DNA of 62,998 bases, filler included, from Octopus bimaculoides (Eukaryota): NCBI RefSeq assembly GCF_001194135.2. It is 4 parts of 4 records of this genome, joined end to end, with 100 filler letters (N's around TTAATTAATTAA, not from the genome) between each part and the next. Parts side by side here need not be neighbours in the genome. Positions count along the whole stretch, not along the records: positions 1 to 21,492 come from NC_068994.1; 3 more parts are not named here. One strand, 5' to 3'. The notes beneath the pieces were generated by a model, which searched no databases, had not been told where the DNA came from, and worked only from the letters and a program-made list of their open reading frames with translations. The position numbers were made by a program, and so were the translations under genes. Below, piece by piece: positions 1 through 14,274 of the stretch; the first letter of the stretch is position 1, and each line of letters opens with the position of its first letter.

Positions 1-55
1 TATATATACACACATAATATATACGCAAAATCGTACAAACATTATATACATAGAT

Positions 56-408
56 TCTTTCCTTTATTTACCTCAGTCATTTGACTGTGGCCATGCAGGA
101 GTACCGTCCTTAATCGAACAAATTGACCCCTACAACTTATTCTATCGGTATCTTTTGCGCAACCGCTATGTTACGGGGAAGTAAACACCAAAATCGGTTC
201 TCAACTGATAGCGGGGGACATACAAACATATATACATATATACAACAGACTTCCTTCAGTTTCTGCCTACCAAATCCACTCACATGCGTTTGTTAGACGA
301 AACTTTCTATGGTAGAAGACACTTGTTGAAAGTTTCGTGCAGTAGGACTGAACCCGGAACCATGTGGTTGAGAAACAAGCTACTCACCGCACAGCTACTC
401 CTGCACCC
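56..408 (-). mobile_element. tRNA-derived SINE, family A (octopus-type)
   Basis: Reverse strand shows head GGGTGCAGGAGTAGCTGTGCGGTGAG...GGTTCCGGGTTCAGTCC, body GTGAGTGGATTTGGTAGGCAGAAACTGAAGGAAG, microsatellite spacer and tail GGCCACAGTCAAATGACTGAGG; the same blocks recur at 26.7, 27.2 and 51.2 kb. Confidence 0.85.
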
Positions 409-1009
409 ATATATATATAAATATATATATATACGTGGAAAGAGTGAGCGCGGCTGGAGAGAGGAAGAGGGAGAGATTTTACCATTTAGAATTATGAAAA
501 GAGGGAAAATTATGAGGGAAGCATCTGACATATTCAAGAATACAATATGTTCATTATTATAAATTAAAGGATCTAATTAGAATTGTAGCGTAAATAAACA
601 TGTCAGAATACTTGAATTGTATTATACATAAAAGCATCTATTGAGATGTTGTTTGTGAGAATTTAAGATATGTACAGTAGGAGTTCAGGAGAGCAGCGGT
701 GAGGAAGTGGGGTTGGAATAACGTACGGAGAGGGTAAAACTCTAAGTGTGACAATGAAATAGATAGTGAGAATATATGTAATATGTTTGATTAAATGATC
801 GTGATGCGAAAACCGTCAGTAGCATGAATGTGGCATTATCTATTAATTTTATAATTCAATCAATTACACAAATTTGTAATATATTAATCTTACAAAGGTC
901 AGGTTGCGTATTGTTGAAATAGAAGAGCAATGAGCAAATTGGTCTCTTTAAGATATATTCTAAGTTCAATTTCTATCGCAGCAAATTTAACTGACATCGG
1001 TTATTGAAT

Positions 1010-1160
1010 TCTTCTCTGGTCTAGGCAAAAGGTCCGAAAGTATTGAGGTATGGGCCAGCCGACTAGAACGACTCTATTACGCATCTGGTACTTAATTTAT
1101 CGACCCTGAAAGGATGAAAAGCAAAGTCGAACTCGGTGGAGTTTGAACCCAGAACGTAAA
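1010..1160 (-). mobile_element. SINE family D fragment
   Basis: Reverse complement of the core GTCGACTTTGCCTTTCATCCTTTCGGGGTCGATAAATTAAGTACCAG that recurs many times in the window. Confidence 0.75.
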
Positions 1161-1343
1161 CGTCAAATATTGAATTACTGAACGGAGGCATAGCTTTGTG
1201 GTTCAGAAAGCTCGCTTTGCTACCATATGCTATTAATGCATTCAGTGTAACTGCACGGCATCTTGAACAAATATATTGTACGATAACACCGAGTTGACCA
1301 ATGACTTGTGGGTATATTCTGTAGGTGTTATACCTCTAGAAGC

Positions 1344-1392
<49 letters not shown>

Positions 1393-1463
1393 CTATATAT
1401 GTATATATATACATAAATAAACAGATACGAATTTACATATACATACCAATTCTATATATGTGT

Positions 1464-1720
1464 GGAGGCGCAATGGCCCAGTGGTTAGGACATCAGACTA
1501 GCGGTCGGAGGAACGCGGTTTCGATTCCCAGATCGGGCGTTGTGTGTGCTTATTGAGCGAAAACACCTAAAGCACCACGAGGTTCCCGCAGGGGGTTGTG
1601 GCGACCCCTGTTGTACTCTTTCGCCCCAATTTCTCTTACTCTTCTTCCTGTTTCTTCAGTAACGCTGCGATGGGCTGGCGTCCCGTCCAGCTGGTGGGGA
1701 ACACATACGCCATAGAAACC
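1464..1720 (+). mobile_element. tRNA-derived SINE, family B head
   Basis: Pol III A box TGGCCCAGTGG and B box GGTTTCGATTCC, followed by TTGAGCGAAAACACCTAAAGC body. Confidence 0.8.
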
Positions 1721-4551
1721 TTAGTAGCCCTTCGAAAGTGAATCGAATAAGTACGAATCTTGAAACATGGCCGATTTGTTCCACTAAACCCTCAAGCTTC
1801 CGCCCTAGAATCACCGCAGTTAAATAAATGAAAGGACTACAAAACTGTAGACTTAAGTTAATCAAGACATATTTAAATGATTGGTGATACTCTGCTTAAC
1901 CAAATATCTTGTTTTGAGAAACCAATAAAATAGCCACCCAGAATTATGAATTCGAAATGTCAAAACATGAAATATACAATATCGAATTTGTATACATACT
2001 ACGGAAATTGATACTAAAGGATAGCTCTCAAATACAGGATTCAGTAATAAATCAAAATTATTTAATGGAATGAAAGTGACAAAGCTGAACTGATGCTTGA
2101 ACAGGTATTTACCTAAGTGGGATCATTACAATTCAACCTCATCGTCGGATGTTCCACTCTTATTGACTTAACATAATTTTCGAAATTGCATCCGAATAAT
2201 TAGTTCGTTTCCCGTAACATTATCAATAATGTCACGAGAATGATTAATCGTAAAATAGTAATAAACTGAAGCCAATCCATTATACACAACTCATTAAACG
2301 GTAACCACTTTGGTACCAGTGAAGCCGAATTGCTTAACAATTTGTATTAATTAGCTACATTTCTATCATCAGGTAGTCATATTTCTTATCACATACTCCA
2401 AGTACCCAAACATATTGAATGAACTAACTTTGATGTCTGCGTTTGAATATTAACAATTCATTCTATTGCTTTTCACAGCCATTTTGCGCAGGTTCATTAC
2501 CAATATAAAGATGTGCTAAGGATGGTGTTCTTTTATTCTTTTATTTGTTTAAGTCATTTGACTGCTGGAGCAGAGCGTTTAGTCGAGCAAATCGCCCCCA
2601 AGACTAATTTTTTCTAAGTCTTGAAGGAAGAGGGGGAGAAGAAGGAGGATTTTCTGTTTGTCAAAGGGGCATCGAACGAGGGGAATATTACGAGGACAGT
2701 TTACAATTTGCATGTGAATTACATAAAATGTGCGGGGTTAGAAAGCAAAAAATAAAAGTGATACAAGATGAAACAATACATAGTATGCGAAATATGTAAA
2801 AACCTGAATGTCGATGTCCTTCTAATACACAGGAATCTCCAAGTAGGGCGAATCAATGATTCATGGGCATCTCGGAACACCAAGAGAGCGAAACCTTGCC
2901 CAGCAGCTTTTCCGAATTCTACAGGCATGTGATCCGATTAGGTCCATTCTTCCCAGCTGTATATCGATAGTCACCCACCTTTTTACAAAGGGACTGAGAG
3001 AGAGAGAGAAAGAAAGCACTCTACACACCTCTTTCCACCGTCAGGTTGGTCTTATTTATAATATATTAATTGATTCTAGCGGTAATTTCTATAATTATGT
3101 TACTTTGGACTCAAGTGACCTATAATTATGCATTACAGCAGTGGTCATTTATATATGTTTCAAGTATAGAGTATCACATATACGTTGATTTTGCCGGTAC
3201 TGTTTAATTGCAAATCAATCATGCTCAAGAAAGGGTCATTCTTTATATCATCAAAAATAGGATCGCTCTTTCCGTGATGGTGAGGTGTGACATTTGCTAT
3301 AATTTGCCTTCGGTTATAACAACTAGAATGATTATAAAGAGACATTTTTATTGCCTCACATAAATAAAGGTTATATATTTGGGTGAAGAAACTAAAGCTG
3401 CACTCTATTTCATGCTTCTATAGAGTTAATTTTTTTTATTAGATTGTTATTTTCTAACCTAATTGTTTGGTGATATAGAGTAAAATAAATTGACGAAAAT
3501 GTAAAGCAATTCAATTATATCTGTAAGAGAAAGTAAAGTCAGACCAGCAAAAATGTATAAAATATTTAAATACATATTAACCTATTTTTAATGGCGTCTT
3601 AATGTTATTTACTTCCATTCTAAAATATATCTTTAGATAATTCTCGTGTTCTTCATTTTTCTTTTTTTTTATGTGTGGGATTATGTACTCTTTCTGCTTA
3701 ATTTAACTTCCAAACTTTATATAATTTATTTTGCAGTAAAATCAAAATTACAATTTTAAGATGTTTTTCTTCAGAAGCCGACACTATCTCTACCGCAAAC
3801 GTCGCTTAATATCATTATTAATGTTACTTCTAATAACAGCACTCGTCATACTGATACTACCATCAATAACAATAATTAAAACAATAACAATAATAAATAC
3901 TAAGCATCAGAAAAACAACCGCAACAACAAACAGTACTGATAACAATATTTCTACCAATTTTTTTCTATATTCAGTAAATATTAAATCAACAAGCAATGG
4001 ATGAGAAGAAATATATGGATATATGGAAGACAAGTACTGATAAAATAAAGAAATATACAGAGAGATAAAAATGCTATTATGAGATTATATTTATTTGTTT
4101 CCACTGTCATAATCACAGAATTCAGCAGACTTTCATCAGATTATTTGTGTCTTAGAAGCGAATTGGTTTGGAATATTACTGAAATCATCAAAAACTATAA
4201 AGCACGTTTCTTCGACAAAGTTATGCATTTAATTGTAGATGTACTCAGCATATAACTATCTCTCTCTCTCTTTCTCTCTTTCTCTCTATCTATCTATATG
4301 TAGAGCGTGTATATGCAATTATACTTGCATATAGGTCAGGTTCAACGTATGTATTTATATAATTATATATTAAATGTAACCATACGTTCACATATTTATT
4401 TATGTATAAACATAAGTGCGTAAGTTCATATGTGGTTATAACGGTATGCATGAATATTTCCATCTACTAGTTGGTTGCACCTATATATACATTTATATAT
4501 ACATACATATATACACACATACATACCTTATATACACATACATATATACGC

Positions 4552-4598
<47 letters not shown>

Positions 4599-5540
4599 NN
4601 NNNNNNNNNNNNNNNNNNNNNNNNNNNNNNNNNNNNNNNNNNNNNNNNNNNNNNNNNNNNNNNNNNNNNNNNNNNNNNNNNNNNNNNNNNNNNNNNNNNN
4701 NNNNNNNNNNNNNNNNNNNNNNNNNNNNNNNNNNNNNNNNNNNNNNNNNNNNNNNNNNNNNNNNNNNNNNNNNNNNNNNNNNNNNNNNNNNNNNNNNNNN
4801 NNNNNNNNNNNNNNNNNNNNNNNNNNNNNNNNNNNNNNNNNNNNNNNNNNNNNNNNNNNNNNNNNNNNNNNNNNNNNNNNNNNNNNNNNNNNNNNNNNNN
4901 NNNNNNNNNNNNNNNNNNNNNNNNNNNNNNNNNNNNNNNNNNNNNNNNNNNNNNNNNNNNNNNNNNNNNNNNNNNNNNNNNNNNNNNNNNNNNNNNNNNN
5001 NNNNNNNNNNNNNNNNNNNNNNNNNNNNNNNNNNNNNNNNNNNNNNNNNNNNNNNNNNNNNNNNNNNNNNNNNNNNNNNNNNNNNNNNNNNNNNNNNNNN
5101 NNNNNNNNNNNNNNNNNNNNNNNNNNNNNNNNNNNNNNNNNNNNNNNNNNNNNNNNNNNNNNNNNNNNNNNNNNNNNNNNNNNNNNNNNNNNNNNNNNNN
5201 NNNNNNNNNNNNNNNNNNNNNNNNNNNNNNNNNNNNNNNNNNNNNNNNNNNNNNNNNNNNNNNNNNNNNNNNNNNNNNNNNNNNNNNNNNNNNNNNNNNN
5301 NNNNNNNNNNNNNNNNNNNNNNNNNNNNNNNNNNNNNNNNNNNNNNNNNNNNNNNNNNNNNNNNNNNNNNNNNNNNNNNNNNNNNNNNNNNNNNNNNNNN
5401 NNNNNNNNNNNNNNNNNNNNNNNNNNNNNNNNNNNNNNNNNNNNNNNNNNNNNNNNNNNNNNNNNNNNNNNNNNNNNNNNNNNNNNNNNNNNNNNNNNNN
5501 NNNNNNNNNNNNNNNNNNNNNNNNNNNNNNNNNNNNNNNT
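4599..5540. other. assembly gap (N run) flanked by (TA)n
   Basis: Directly visible; further gaps at 11845-12026, 12922-13498, 16347-17261, 23035-23403 and 24459-24871, most abutting simple repeats. Confidence 0.99.
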
Positions 5541-7321
5541 ATATATATATATATATATTCTAATTGAAATCGCAACAATGAATTTCTGACATAGTCTAAA
5601 CCACTTCTCTTTTAACGAGAACATTTTATTGTCCCACCAGATATCCTAGTACTGTACACTCATATCGTGATTGAATAGGAGGTCATTTTCCTCGTAGCTT
5701 TTAATGCATCAAATCTCTTTTATTAATTTGTATACACCTTCTGTCCTTATTTTACGAACTATCAATTTGCTCCTACCGTATGGTGCCTGGATATGTCCAC
5801 CGACATTAAAGATGACGTCTTACTCCACTCAATACTACACATCCTCTGATACACACTGTTATCTTTATTTCCCATCATCTCACGCATTGTTTAATTTGTT
5901 ATCTCCTACTAATAACTCATTTGCCCTCAATGTCAATGAGGATACGGCAATGAATTCGTTATACACTCGTGCATATTCTTGCCTATCATTGCGGCGTCAG
6001 CGTTATTCTAACGACAACGTTTGCAAAGTTCTAGCTTGCCCTATCATGAAGTATACTCCCATCATAATCTTCTCATATAATCGCTCCCATGGAACATCCT
6101 GTAAAACACTATTTTTCTCAAAACGCATCCAATTGTTTCCTACTTCTTCATAGATCATACTTCCTTACTCGCTTATACTGCAATAACAGAAAAAGTAGAA
6201 CTTCAGACTTGGTGTTAGTTGGTTATTGGCTTTGCTGACACGCCCATGGTAACAGCAACGTATAAATCTTACTTGGAGACCATCGCTTTCATTTTTCTAC
6301 GCAAACAAAATTTTATTTCTCAATTTGCAGCATTATACTACATGGAAATCCTTCACTTACGTAGAGATGGGATGGTATGAATGCCATCGAATAACATAAT
6401 TTTCCGATTCCGAACAATTCACAGAAATAGAATAAGTAATTGACATTTTTGCATCTAGTGCTGCTGTGTTCCGGTAACGTACTCTCATCACATTCTGCTT
6501 TTCTCCGTCAAATACATCATATAACCCATCCGTGTAAGTATACGTTTATACACGCCTTAACACCACATGTGCCAAACCTTATTTAATAACAACAAACAGG
6601 AGAGCATACACAGGTATACCCATACCATCCCTACATTAACACACATCCAGTAAATCCCCAAACACTGCGTTCTTTGCTTGCTAGATAAAGTATATAGATA
6701 CAAGCTATGATGTATTATCTTTCTTCAGCGAAATCATTCGCTTTCCAGTACAATACTATTGTGTTCTATGTATTCCCGTTCTTCATTTCACTATTAGGTT
6801 TTCATTTATATACTTTATACAGATTCACTATCAACATCTCTTCGCTATATTGTTTGGGTTGTATTTTCCTTCTTGTTGTCTATTTTTTTTTTTTCTCAGT
6901 TCTATTATCGTCCGAAATGATAAACTCTTATCTATATCATTCTGAGATAGCAAAAATTAATTAACTCGCATTCGTGCTTGTTGCACGTTTCATATTATAC
7001 CTAAAACATTCTGTACATTGCAGATATACAAAGAAGAATTCACAAAAGAAGAAAAGAAATTCTATTTACAATTTCGAGAACGAAAATACAAACAAAGTAG
7101 TGAGATTTGAGGTAATATATATGTGGGTACGTATGTATGATTAAACAGATGAGAAGAGGTATATGAGTTACATGTTGACACCATTGGCCGCACCAAGTCT
7201 GGAGCAAAACATTAAAGCCAATCTTTCTCGAAATCCCCCAAAATTTTAAGATGCTATACTTTTAATGTCTTGTAACTTGCTGCGTGCGTGTCAACAAAGT
7301 GCATGTATCCATATACATGTC

Positions 7322-7371
<50 letters not shown>

Positions 7372-7559
7372 CCGGCCATTCTCGTAGTATATTTTAGCAA
7401 AAATGTAGCAATTTGTGAATCAGCTGCAAGTACCGGCCAAGCTCACCCTCTCTCTACGGTAGTCAAATGCCTACTATTCCTCCAATATAAACGCGGATGA
7501 GCGGAGATAGTTGTTGGGCGCGTAAAACACTATTGCACTTGCATAGATTATGTTATAGA

Positions 7560-7928
7560 TTAGATTCTAGCTAGCTACCTACATAGATGGACACATAGAC
7601 AGAGAGACAGATAGGTATTCAGATAGAGAGGCAGGAAGGAAGGCAGGCAGGCAGGCAGGCAGGCACGCAGGTAAGCAGGCTGGCAAACAGGCGGGTATGC
7701 ATGTATGTAGGTATGTATGTATGTAGGTATGTATGTATGTATGTAGGTAGGTAGGTAGGTAGGTAGGTAGATAGGTAGGTAGGTAGGTAGATAGGTAGGT
7801 AGGTGGGTTTAGGTAAATACATAAATAGATAAATAGATAGATAGATATATAGATAGGCAGATAGATAGATAGATGATGGAGAGATAGATGACAGACAGAC
7901 AGACAGACAGACAGATAGACAGACAGAC

Positions 7929-7972
<44 letters not shown>

Positions 7973-7977
7973 TGATT

Positions 7978-8037
<60 letters not shown>

Positions 8038-8040
8038 TAC
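7560..8040. repeat. compound tetranucleotide microsatellite (GGCA/TATG/TAGG/TAGA/GACA)
   Basis: Directly visible successive tetramer arrays; a similar GACA/GATA block lies at 26075-26190. Confidence 0.97.
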
Positions 8041-8357
8041 ATATTTACGTATATTGAAAAATGCAAATTCATTTAAATTAAAGTGTTAAGCAATATGAAA
8101 TGTTAATTTTCACATTAATACTTTATAGCATCTCAAGCGGATTCAGTTTTCACCTTTCAGTTCATCACGTACTGTTATACAAAGATGTTTAAGGGTCTTT
8201 GAAATAAACGAATTTACTTCAAAGTAGATACACAACCTTATAAATCAATAGAATTAAAGTTCGAAAACTGTTTATGTATAGGAAATTTCATTGCTGAACC
8301 CATAATGTATAAGAGAAAAGAAAAAGTAAATAAAAAAAACATGATATAAAAAGAGAA

Positions 8358-8431
<74 letters not shown>

Positions 8432-10202
8432 TTGACTCCATTAACTGCATGTTATGATATGCAAATTTCAGGCAACAAAAGTCTTATATATGGACGATAG
8501 CTTTGTTTGTACGTGTTATCATACGCACAAAGCCTATATTATCTTTAAGGACAATGAAACTACTTGAAAATGGCTTTCCTCCATAACCTAAATAAATATG
8601 AATTAGTTAATATTAGCAAAGATTTTTCAGACAAAATCATTCAATTTTTCAAAGTTTTCAGTTTATCATTATGGAACAATAGCATTTTGTTAGAGAGTTT
8701 GCCCATGGCGCCAATAATAAACATGAATGCAAATTTATCCTGTTTGGTACAAAAACCTATTAACTACCCTTTGGTTACTGAATACTAACTTGTTAAGTGA
8801 TTAATTTCCACAAGAAACCACAATTCTGTTAGTGAATTCGATAACGAATCATTATGTATGCAAGAACATAGCCATTATCTTTTAACAACAGTTTGTACAT
8901 AAGGGAAAATGGCATCTGGCGTTTTAATGTTAGCACTGCAAGAGTTCTGAATTAATTTTTCTTTATAAATTACTTGTAATTCATACACAAATTAATTGTT
9001 TACCTGTGCTTTTAGAACTGTGATGCTTTCCTTTTTAATACTAAGTAACACGAATATAAAAGAAAACTATTTACCAATGTATCCCAGATTAGAACTTGAA
9101 AATTGCTGTTAACATTAACGTCAGTATTTCCGTGACATCACATGAAATTTCGATATTTTTCAATATTCCCGTTATATAAAATATAATGAAATTTGAAGTG
9201 TAACCGAAAAGACTCCAACACTTTTTTTTTACCCGACCTATCGGAAAATATTAAATTCTGGTTATCACGCTTCTCATACCGCTCATTGAAGGACCAATCA
9301 GATTATTAGAAAGAAGCTTTATAATTCACTTGCTTTTCACGATATCATAAGATTCATAATGATCAAGATAATATTCTAAAATCAAATAGAAAATGCAATA
9401 GACTGCTACAGAAAAAATTCAATGTAAATACTTGAGCGAGTGAAAACTTCCTAATACTTCACAATATGATATTCCTCAACTGGCCAACTAACATTGAATA
9501 TGGAAGTCGCCTAAGTATGAGATGCGACTATTTTGGAGATATGTCAGACAGAAATCACTTGTTAAAAACTACGTGAAGAAAAAAAAGAAATAAGTCTGAT
9601 TGGTCAAACGAAAGAAAGAAGCACTCAATACATTCAGTAGAGAGTTCGATATATCATTAATTTAAACAGTTTGATTCTTCCCCGCACAACTTAGAGTTTC
9701 TTAGGCTTCTTACAAAATTTGGGTTGGTGATGTAGTATGGCTTCTCCGATATGACCGACTTACCCGCTCGCGATGGTATTGCTGGCCTCGTTCTAAACTT
9801 TGAAACAATTATATGTGTGTATGTGTATGTGTATGTGTGTACGTGTGAATATATACATAAACATATATACATATATATGTTTATATGCATATATGCACGC
9901 AGATGTATGTGTATATATATATATACACACACGCACAAAGACACATTTATTATTTCGTTTGGCAAGATTCCTGATACGAAATCGTGTGTTGAAACAGATA
10001 TTGTTGTACCTCGGGATGGTCATTTTATTTATTATTTATTTTTATTTTTGCCAAATAATAACAAATAAAATGACTATTCCGAAGTAAAACAACATATATA
10101 TAAATATTTATGTATGAATATATATGTACATATAATATATATATGTATGTATGTGTGTATTATGTGTGTGTGTATGTATGTATGTCTATGTCTATGTATA
10201 TG

Positions 10203-10500
10203 TGGAGGCTCAACACTCAGTGATTAAGGTATGGCACTCACTATTGCGAGGTCGTGGCTTCGAATCCCAGACCGAGTGTTGCGTTGTGTTCTTGAGCAAA
10301 GCACTTCATTTCTCGTTGCTCTGCAAGCATTTCGTCAACTGACATGTGGCACCCGTTGCACCTGTACAGGTAATGTCGATTTGATGGAGGGAATGTGTTT
10401 GTGTGTACAGAAACATTTGATGACTATAAACAAATGACCTATGTGGTTGGTCGATGAGAAATTGTCGAACCATCATACGTCGTTTAGCGATGGGAGAGTC
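10203..10500 (+). mobile_element. tRNA-derived SINE, family C
   Basis: GGAGGC head, B box GGCTTCGAATCC, GTTCTTGAGCAAAGCACTTCATTTC core, tail CAAACATTTGATGACTATAAACAAAT; second copy at 27550-27845. Confidence 0.8.
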
Positions 10501-12887
10501 TATTATGTATGTGTGATTTTGTGTGCCCATTACGTACGTGTGTTTGTATGTGGGTATGAGTGTGTATGTGTACCTGTATGGGTGCGAGTTGCAACTCTGT
10601 GAATGAAATAGAGATAGAGAATGAGTTTAAATGTTGATGGGAAAGTCTTGTTCAGTGAACGGATAATTCAATCATTTACGCTTTCGAGCTTGTTTTACGT
10701 TCTTATATTTCCTGACTTTATTATTCATGATATTTTCTATGTAAATATCTAATCGACTACTTAACTTACAGAGATCGATTTATAATATATTAATATTATA
10801 GTTTGGATCGTTATATCCGGATATTAGCGTATTGGAATTTTTTTAGTTTGGGCTTTTTTTTATGTCGTGATAATTCAGTGAACTTGCACGTATATATTTA
10901 TAAATACATCTCATTTTTTTTATTATCTAAGTGTAAGTTACACTCACAATTTACTGTAAATCAATGATTTTTTTTCGCAAACACATTTTCTTTGTAACAC
11001 TAAAAACATATGCAGTTCCTAACGTTGTGCCCTCTTAGCTTCACAAACCTATCTATGTCTCTTAGTCCTTGAAACTGATGATGGTGCACTGTTATTTCTA
11101 TTACTGACTCATTAACCCACATTCTTTTCTGTCAATGGTCGATATATAAACATACGTGCACGAATGTATATATGTATGTGTGTGCGTGTGTTTATTTAAT
11201 GCAAACCCACTTTTGCACAGTTTAAAAATACCACTTGTCATATTCACATGCCCAGAAGAGTACGTCAATATCGAAGAATCCTTACATTCCCTCCGTTATT
11301 TGCAAACAGTTACAGCTCTCTCTCTCCCCTATTAGCTCACAGAGTCAGAAGCATGGGAAGTTTGCGTCTGAAATAATATTCCTGTTTCTGTGTACCAGCA
11401 ATTTATGTCCACACTCAATTCGATGAGTTTATTTCCTATACATATATTTCCTCGCAATATACACGGTGTTTGGTATACATTTGGGGATTTGTATGACCCT
11501 ATTTTTTTTTTTTTGAGAAACAGCTTGATCTATTAATGATTATTCTACACCAATGGAATGTGTAAGGATGAATTTGTATTTTTGAAAATGTTATCGGAAT
11601 CGGATGAATAAAAGTCATCTCAATTTTTGAAAAACGTTACGTGTATCACGATGACTCGCGCTACGTATCATCGACCCCAATATTCAAATGAACTTGAGGC
11701 AAATTTTAGAGCTCTAAAAGTAGACAGAATAAATGCTGCTAAGCAGTTTATCGGGGGCGATTTTACTTCTGCCGGCTCCCCACTTTGATGTTAATCAAAT
11801 AAAAAGGCATTTAAAAGCAGATTTACATTGGTCTGCATGTTATTNNNNNNNNNNNNNNNNNNNNNNNNNNNNNNNNNNNNNNNNNNNNNNNNNNNNNNNN
11901 NNNNNNNNNNNNNNNNNNNNNNNNNNNNNNNNNNNNNNNNNNNNNNNNNNNNNNNNNNNNNNNNNNNNNNNNNNNNNNNNNNNNNNNNNNNNNNNNNNNN
12001 NNNNNNNNNNNNNNNNNNNNNNNNNNATATATATATGAGGGGCTACTTTCAGTTTCCGTCTACCAAATCCACTCACAATCCCCAGGCTATAGAAGAAGTC
12101 ACTTACATTTATAAAAAAATAGGTGGGGGGAAGGGTTGTTCACTAAGATACAATAGTTTGTTATCTGCAGCAAATCTTGAGATGTTAAACTATGGTGTAC
12201 AATTTATTATTTTACAAAGCTTGGTTCAATTCTTATTTCTTCCTACAAACTTTGGTATGTACAATACGGGATTTCTCAAAAACTTTGCTTATAAAATTTA
12301 TTATCAAAATATGTTATCCTACATGCACCCCCTTTCATTTTATTTCTACCTAAAGATAACTTTACTAATTTGAAAAATGCTTACCAAATATTTCCACTAT
12401 TGGCTTCATATATATTTCCTTTATTTCGTATTTGCTCTGTTTTAAATTTATCATTTCTATTCTAAAATGATAAAGCACATCTAGGCGGAGAATATGTTCC
12501 ATCCACTTGTGACTTTTTCTATATGATTCTATTTATTTATCAATTTTATTTCCATATTTTTCTTCAAATTTGATATATGATATTTCCATATGTATGTTCC
12601 AATTTTGACTCTAGAGTTTTGTACCGAGATAGATGTAATTTTGTATATGGGTACAGGTTCTGTGTATCTGTTTGATTCTGTTCATTTGAGTGATTCTCTA
12701 GTTGAACTGTCTCCTGAATGGCTCACATGAAAGAAAGTAAATCAATAATTGCGAACTTAATGTCAGTATATTTTGTTATGCAATGTATACCAAATATATT
12801 GAATTCAAGTAGTTATATATATATATACAAATACATACATAGATATATATATATATATAGCTTTATATTTATATATTTATATACATG

Positions 12888-12921
<34 letters not shown>

Positions 12922-13498
12922 NNNNNNNNNNNNNNNNNNNNNNNNNNNNNNNNNNNNNNNNNNNNNNNNNNNNNNNNNNNNNNNNNNNNNNNNNNNNNNN
13001 NNNNNNNNNNNNNNNNNNNNNNNNNNNNNNNNNNNNNNNNNNNNNNNNNNNNNNNNNNNNNNNNNNNNNNNNNNNNNNNNNNNNNNNNNNNNNNNNNNNN
13101 NNNNNNNNNNNNNNNNNNNNNNNNNNNNNNNNNNNNNNNNNNNNNNNNNNNNNNNNNNNNNNNNNNNNNNNNNNNNNNNNNNNNNNNNNNNNNNNNNNNN
13201 NNNNNNNNNNNNNNNNNNNNNNNNNNNNNNNNNNNNNNNNNNNNNNNNNNNNNNNNNNNNNNNNNNNNNNNNNNNNNNNNNNNNNNNNNNNNNNNNNNNN
13301 NNNNNNNNNNNNNNNNNNNNNNNNNNNNNNNNNNNNNNNNNNNNNNNNNNNNNNNNNNNNNNNNNNNNNNNNNNNNNNNNNNNNNNNNNNNNNNNNNNNN
13401 NNNNNNNNNNNNNNNNNNNNNNNNNNNNNNNNNNNNNNNNNNNNNNNNNNNNNNNNNNNNNNNNNNNNNNNNNNNNNNNNNNNNNNNNNNNNNNNNNN

Positions 13499-13529
<31 letters not shown>

Positions 13530-14274
13530 CTGTCTATGTGTGTGTATATATGTATCTATATATGTAGCAAGTAATAACCCAGGAAAGTCATTTTAATATC
13601 GTTAATAATGGTATATAACGGTATCGTAGTATATAGTGCTTTAAAGTCTCAAAGGAATCGATAATCGATATATAAGGAAAGAAAACGCTAAATTATACAT
13701 ACATGCATGTCAATAGGGGTGAACACACCTAAATAAAAACAAGCAGAAACACATACGAATAAGCTTGTGTGTTTGTGCGTGTGTGCGAGTGTATGTGTGT
13801 GTGTGTGTGTATGTGTGTGTGCATGTGTGTATGTGTGTGTGTGTGTATGTGTGTGTCCCGGACATATAATTACAAACATCATCAGTTTATCTCCGCTTTA
13901 TTAAATTCAATTCGCAAGATTTCAGCACTAGGTAAACGTGAGAACATCAGTTCATTCGCAAATATAATTATTAGAAATTTTGAAAGGCGTAGTGTGGTAA
14001 GCTGTCAAAGTATATCAGATCTTGACAGCAAAATCGTAATTTAAGGTAATTCTCGGAAATGCATTTGGCTTTCAAAATCTCACCCCTTTATAATTGCCAT
14101 ATATATATATAAATACCGGCAAACGTTGAGACTATGTTTGACGGTTACATACATATTCAATGATTAGTGAATGTCAGTGACAGCACGTAAACCGGCAAAT
14201 TATTGATTTAACCGCAAATTGGTACATACTCGCTCCACAACCATGTATTTAAGTGTCACCTCAAATATAATTCA

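Noticed and set aside
1464-1540. tRNA-like A/B box sequences
   Set aside because: They continue into SINE bodies and I see no complete cloverleaf with an acceptor stem; SINE heads, not tRNA genes.
3160-3345. - strand ORF or exon candidate CYNRRQIIANVTPHHHGKSDPIFDDIKNDPFLSMIDLQLNSTGKIN
   Set aside because: Acceptable acceptor but weak donor (GTATAT) and no phase-linked partner exon.
4416-5624. Long ORFs of 180-385 aa at 4.4-5.6, 11.8-12.4, 12.7-13.6, 16.2-17.3, 22.8-23.5 and 24.4-25.0 kb
   Set aside because: They are open only because they run through N gaps.
5704-6153. 149-aa + strand ORF
   Set aside because: No recognisable motif, Ser/Tyr/Leu-biased composition, no convincing splice or TE context.
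7619-8450. ORFs rich in IY, TH, CV, YLSI or poly-L/N/V throughout the window
   Set aside because: Translations of di-, tri- and tetranucleotide microsatellites.
8480-8590. - strand exon candidate GYGGKPFSSSFIVLKDNIGFV
   Set aside because: Isolated, no family recognition, comparable to chance candidates in AT-rich DNA.
11450-12480. TA-CACGGTG start and MITE-like subterminal motifs around the 11.8-kb gap
   Set aside because: Probably a Tc1/mariner MITE, but the matching TIR could not be located.
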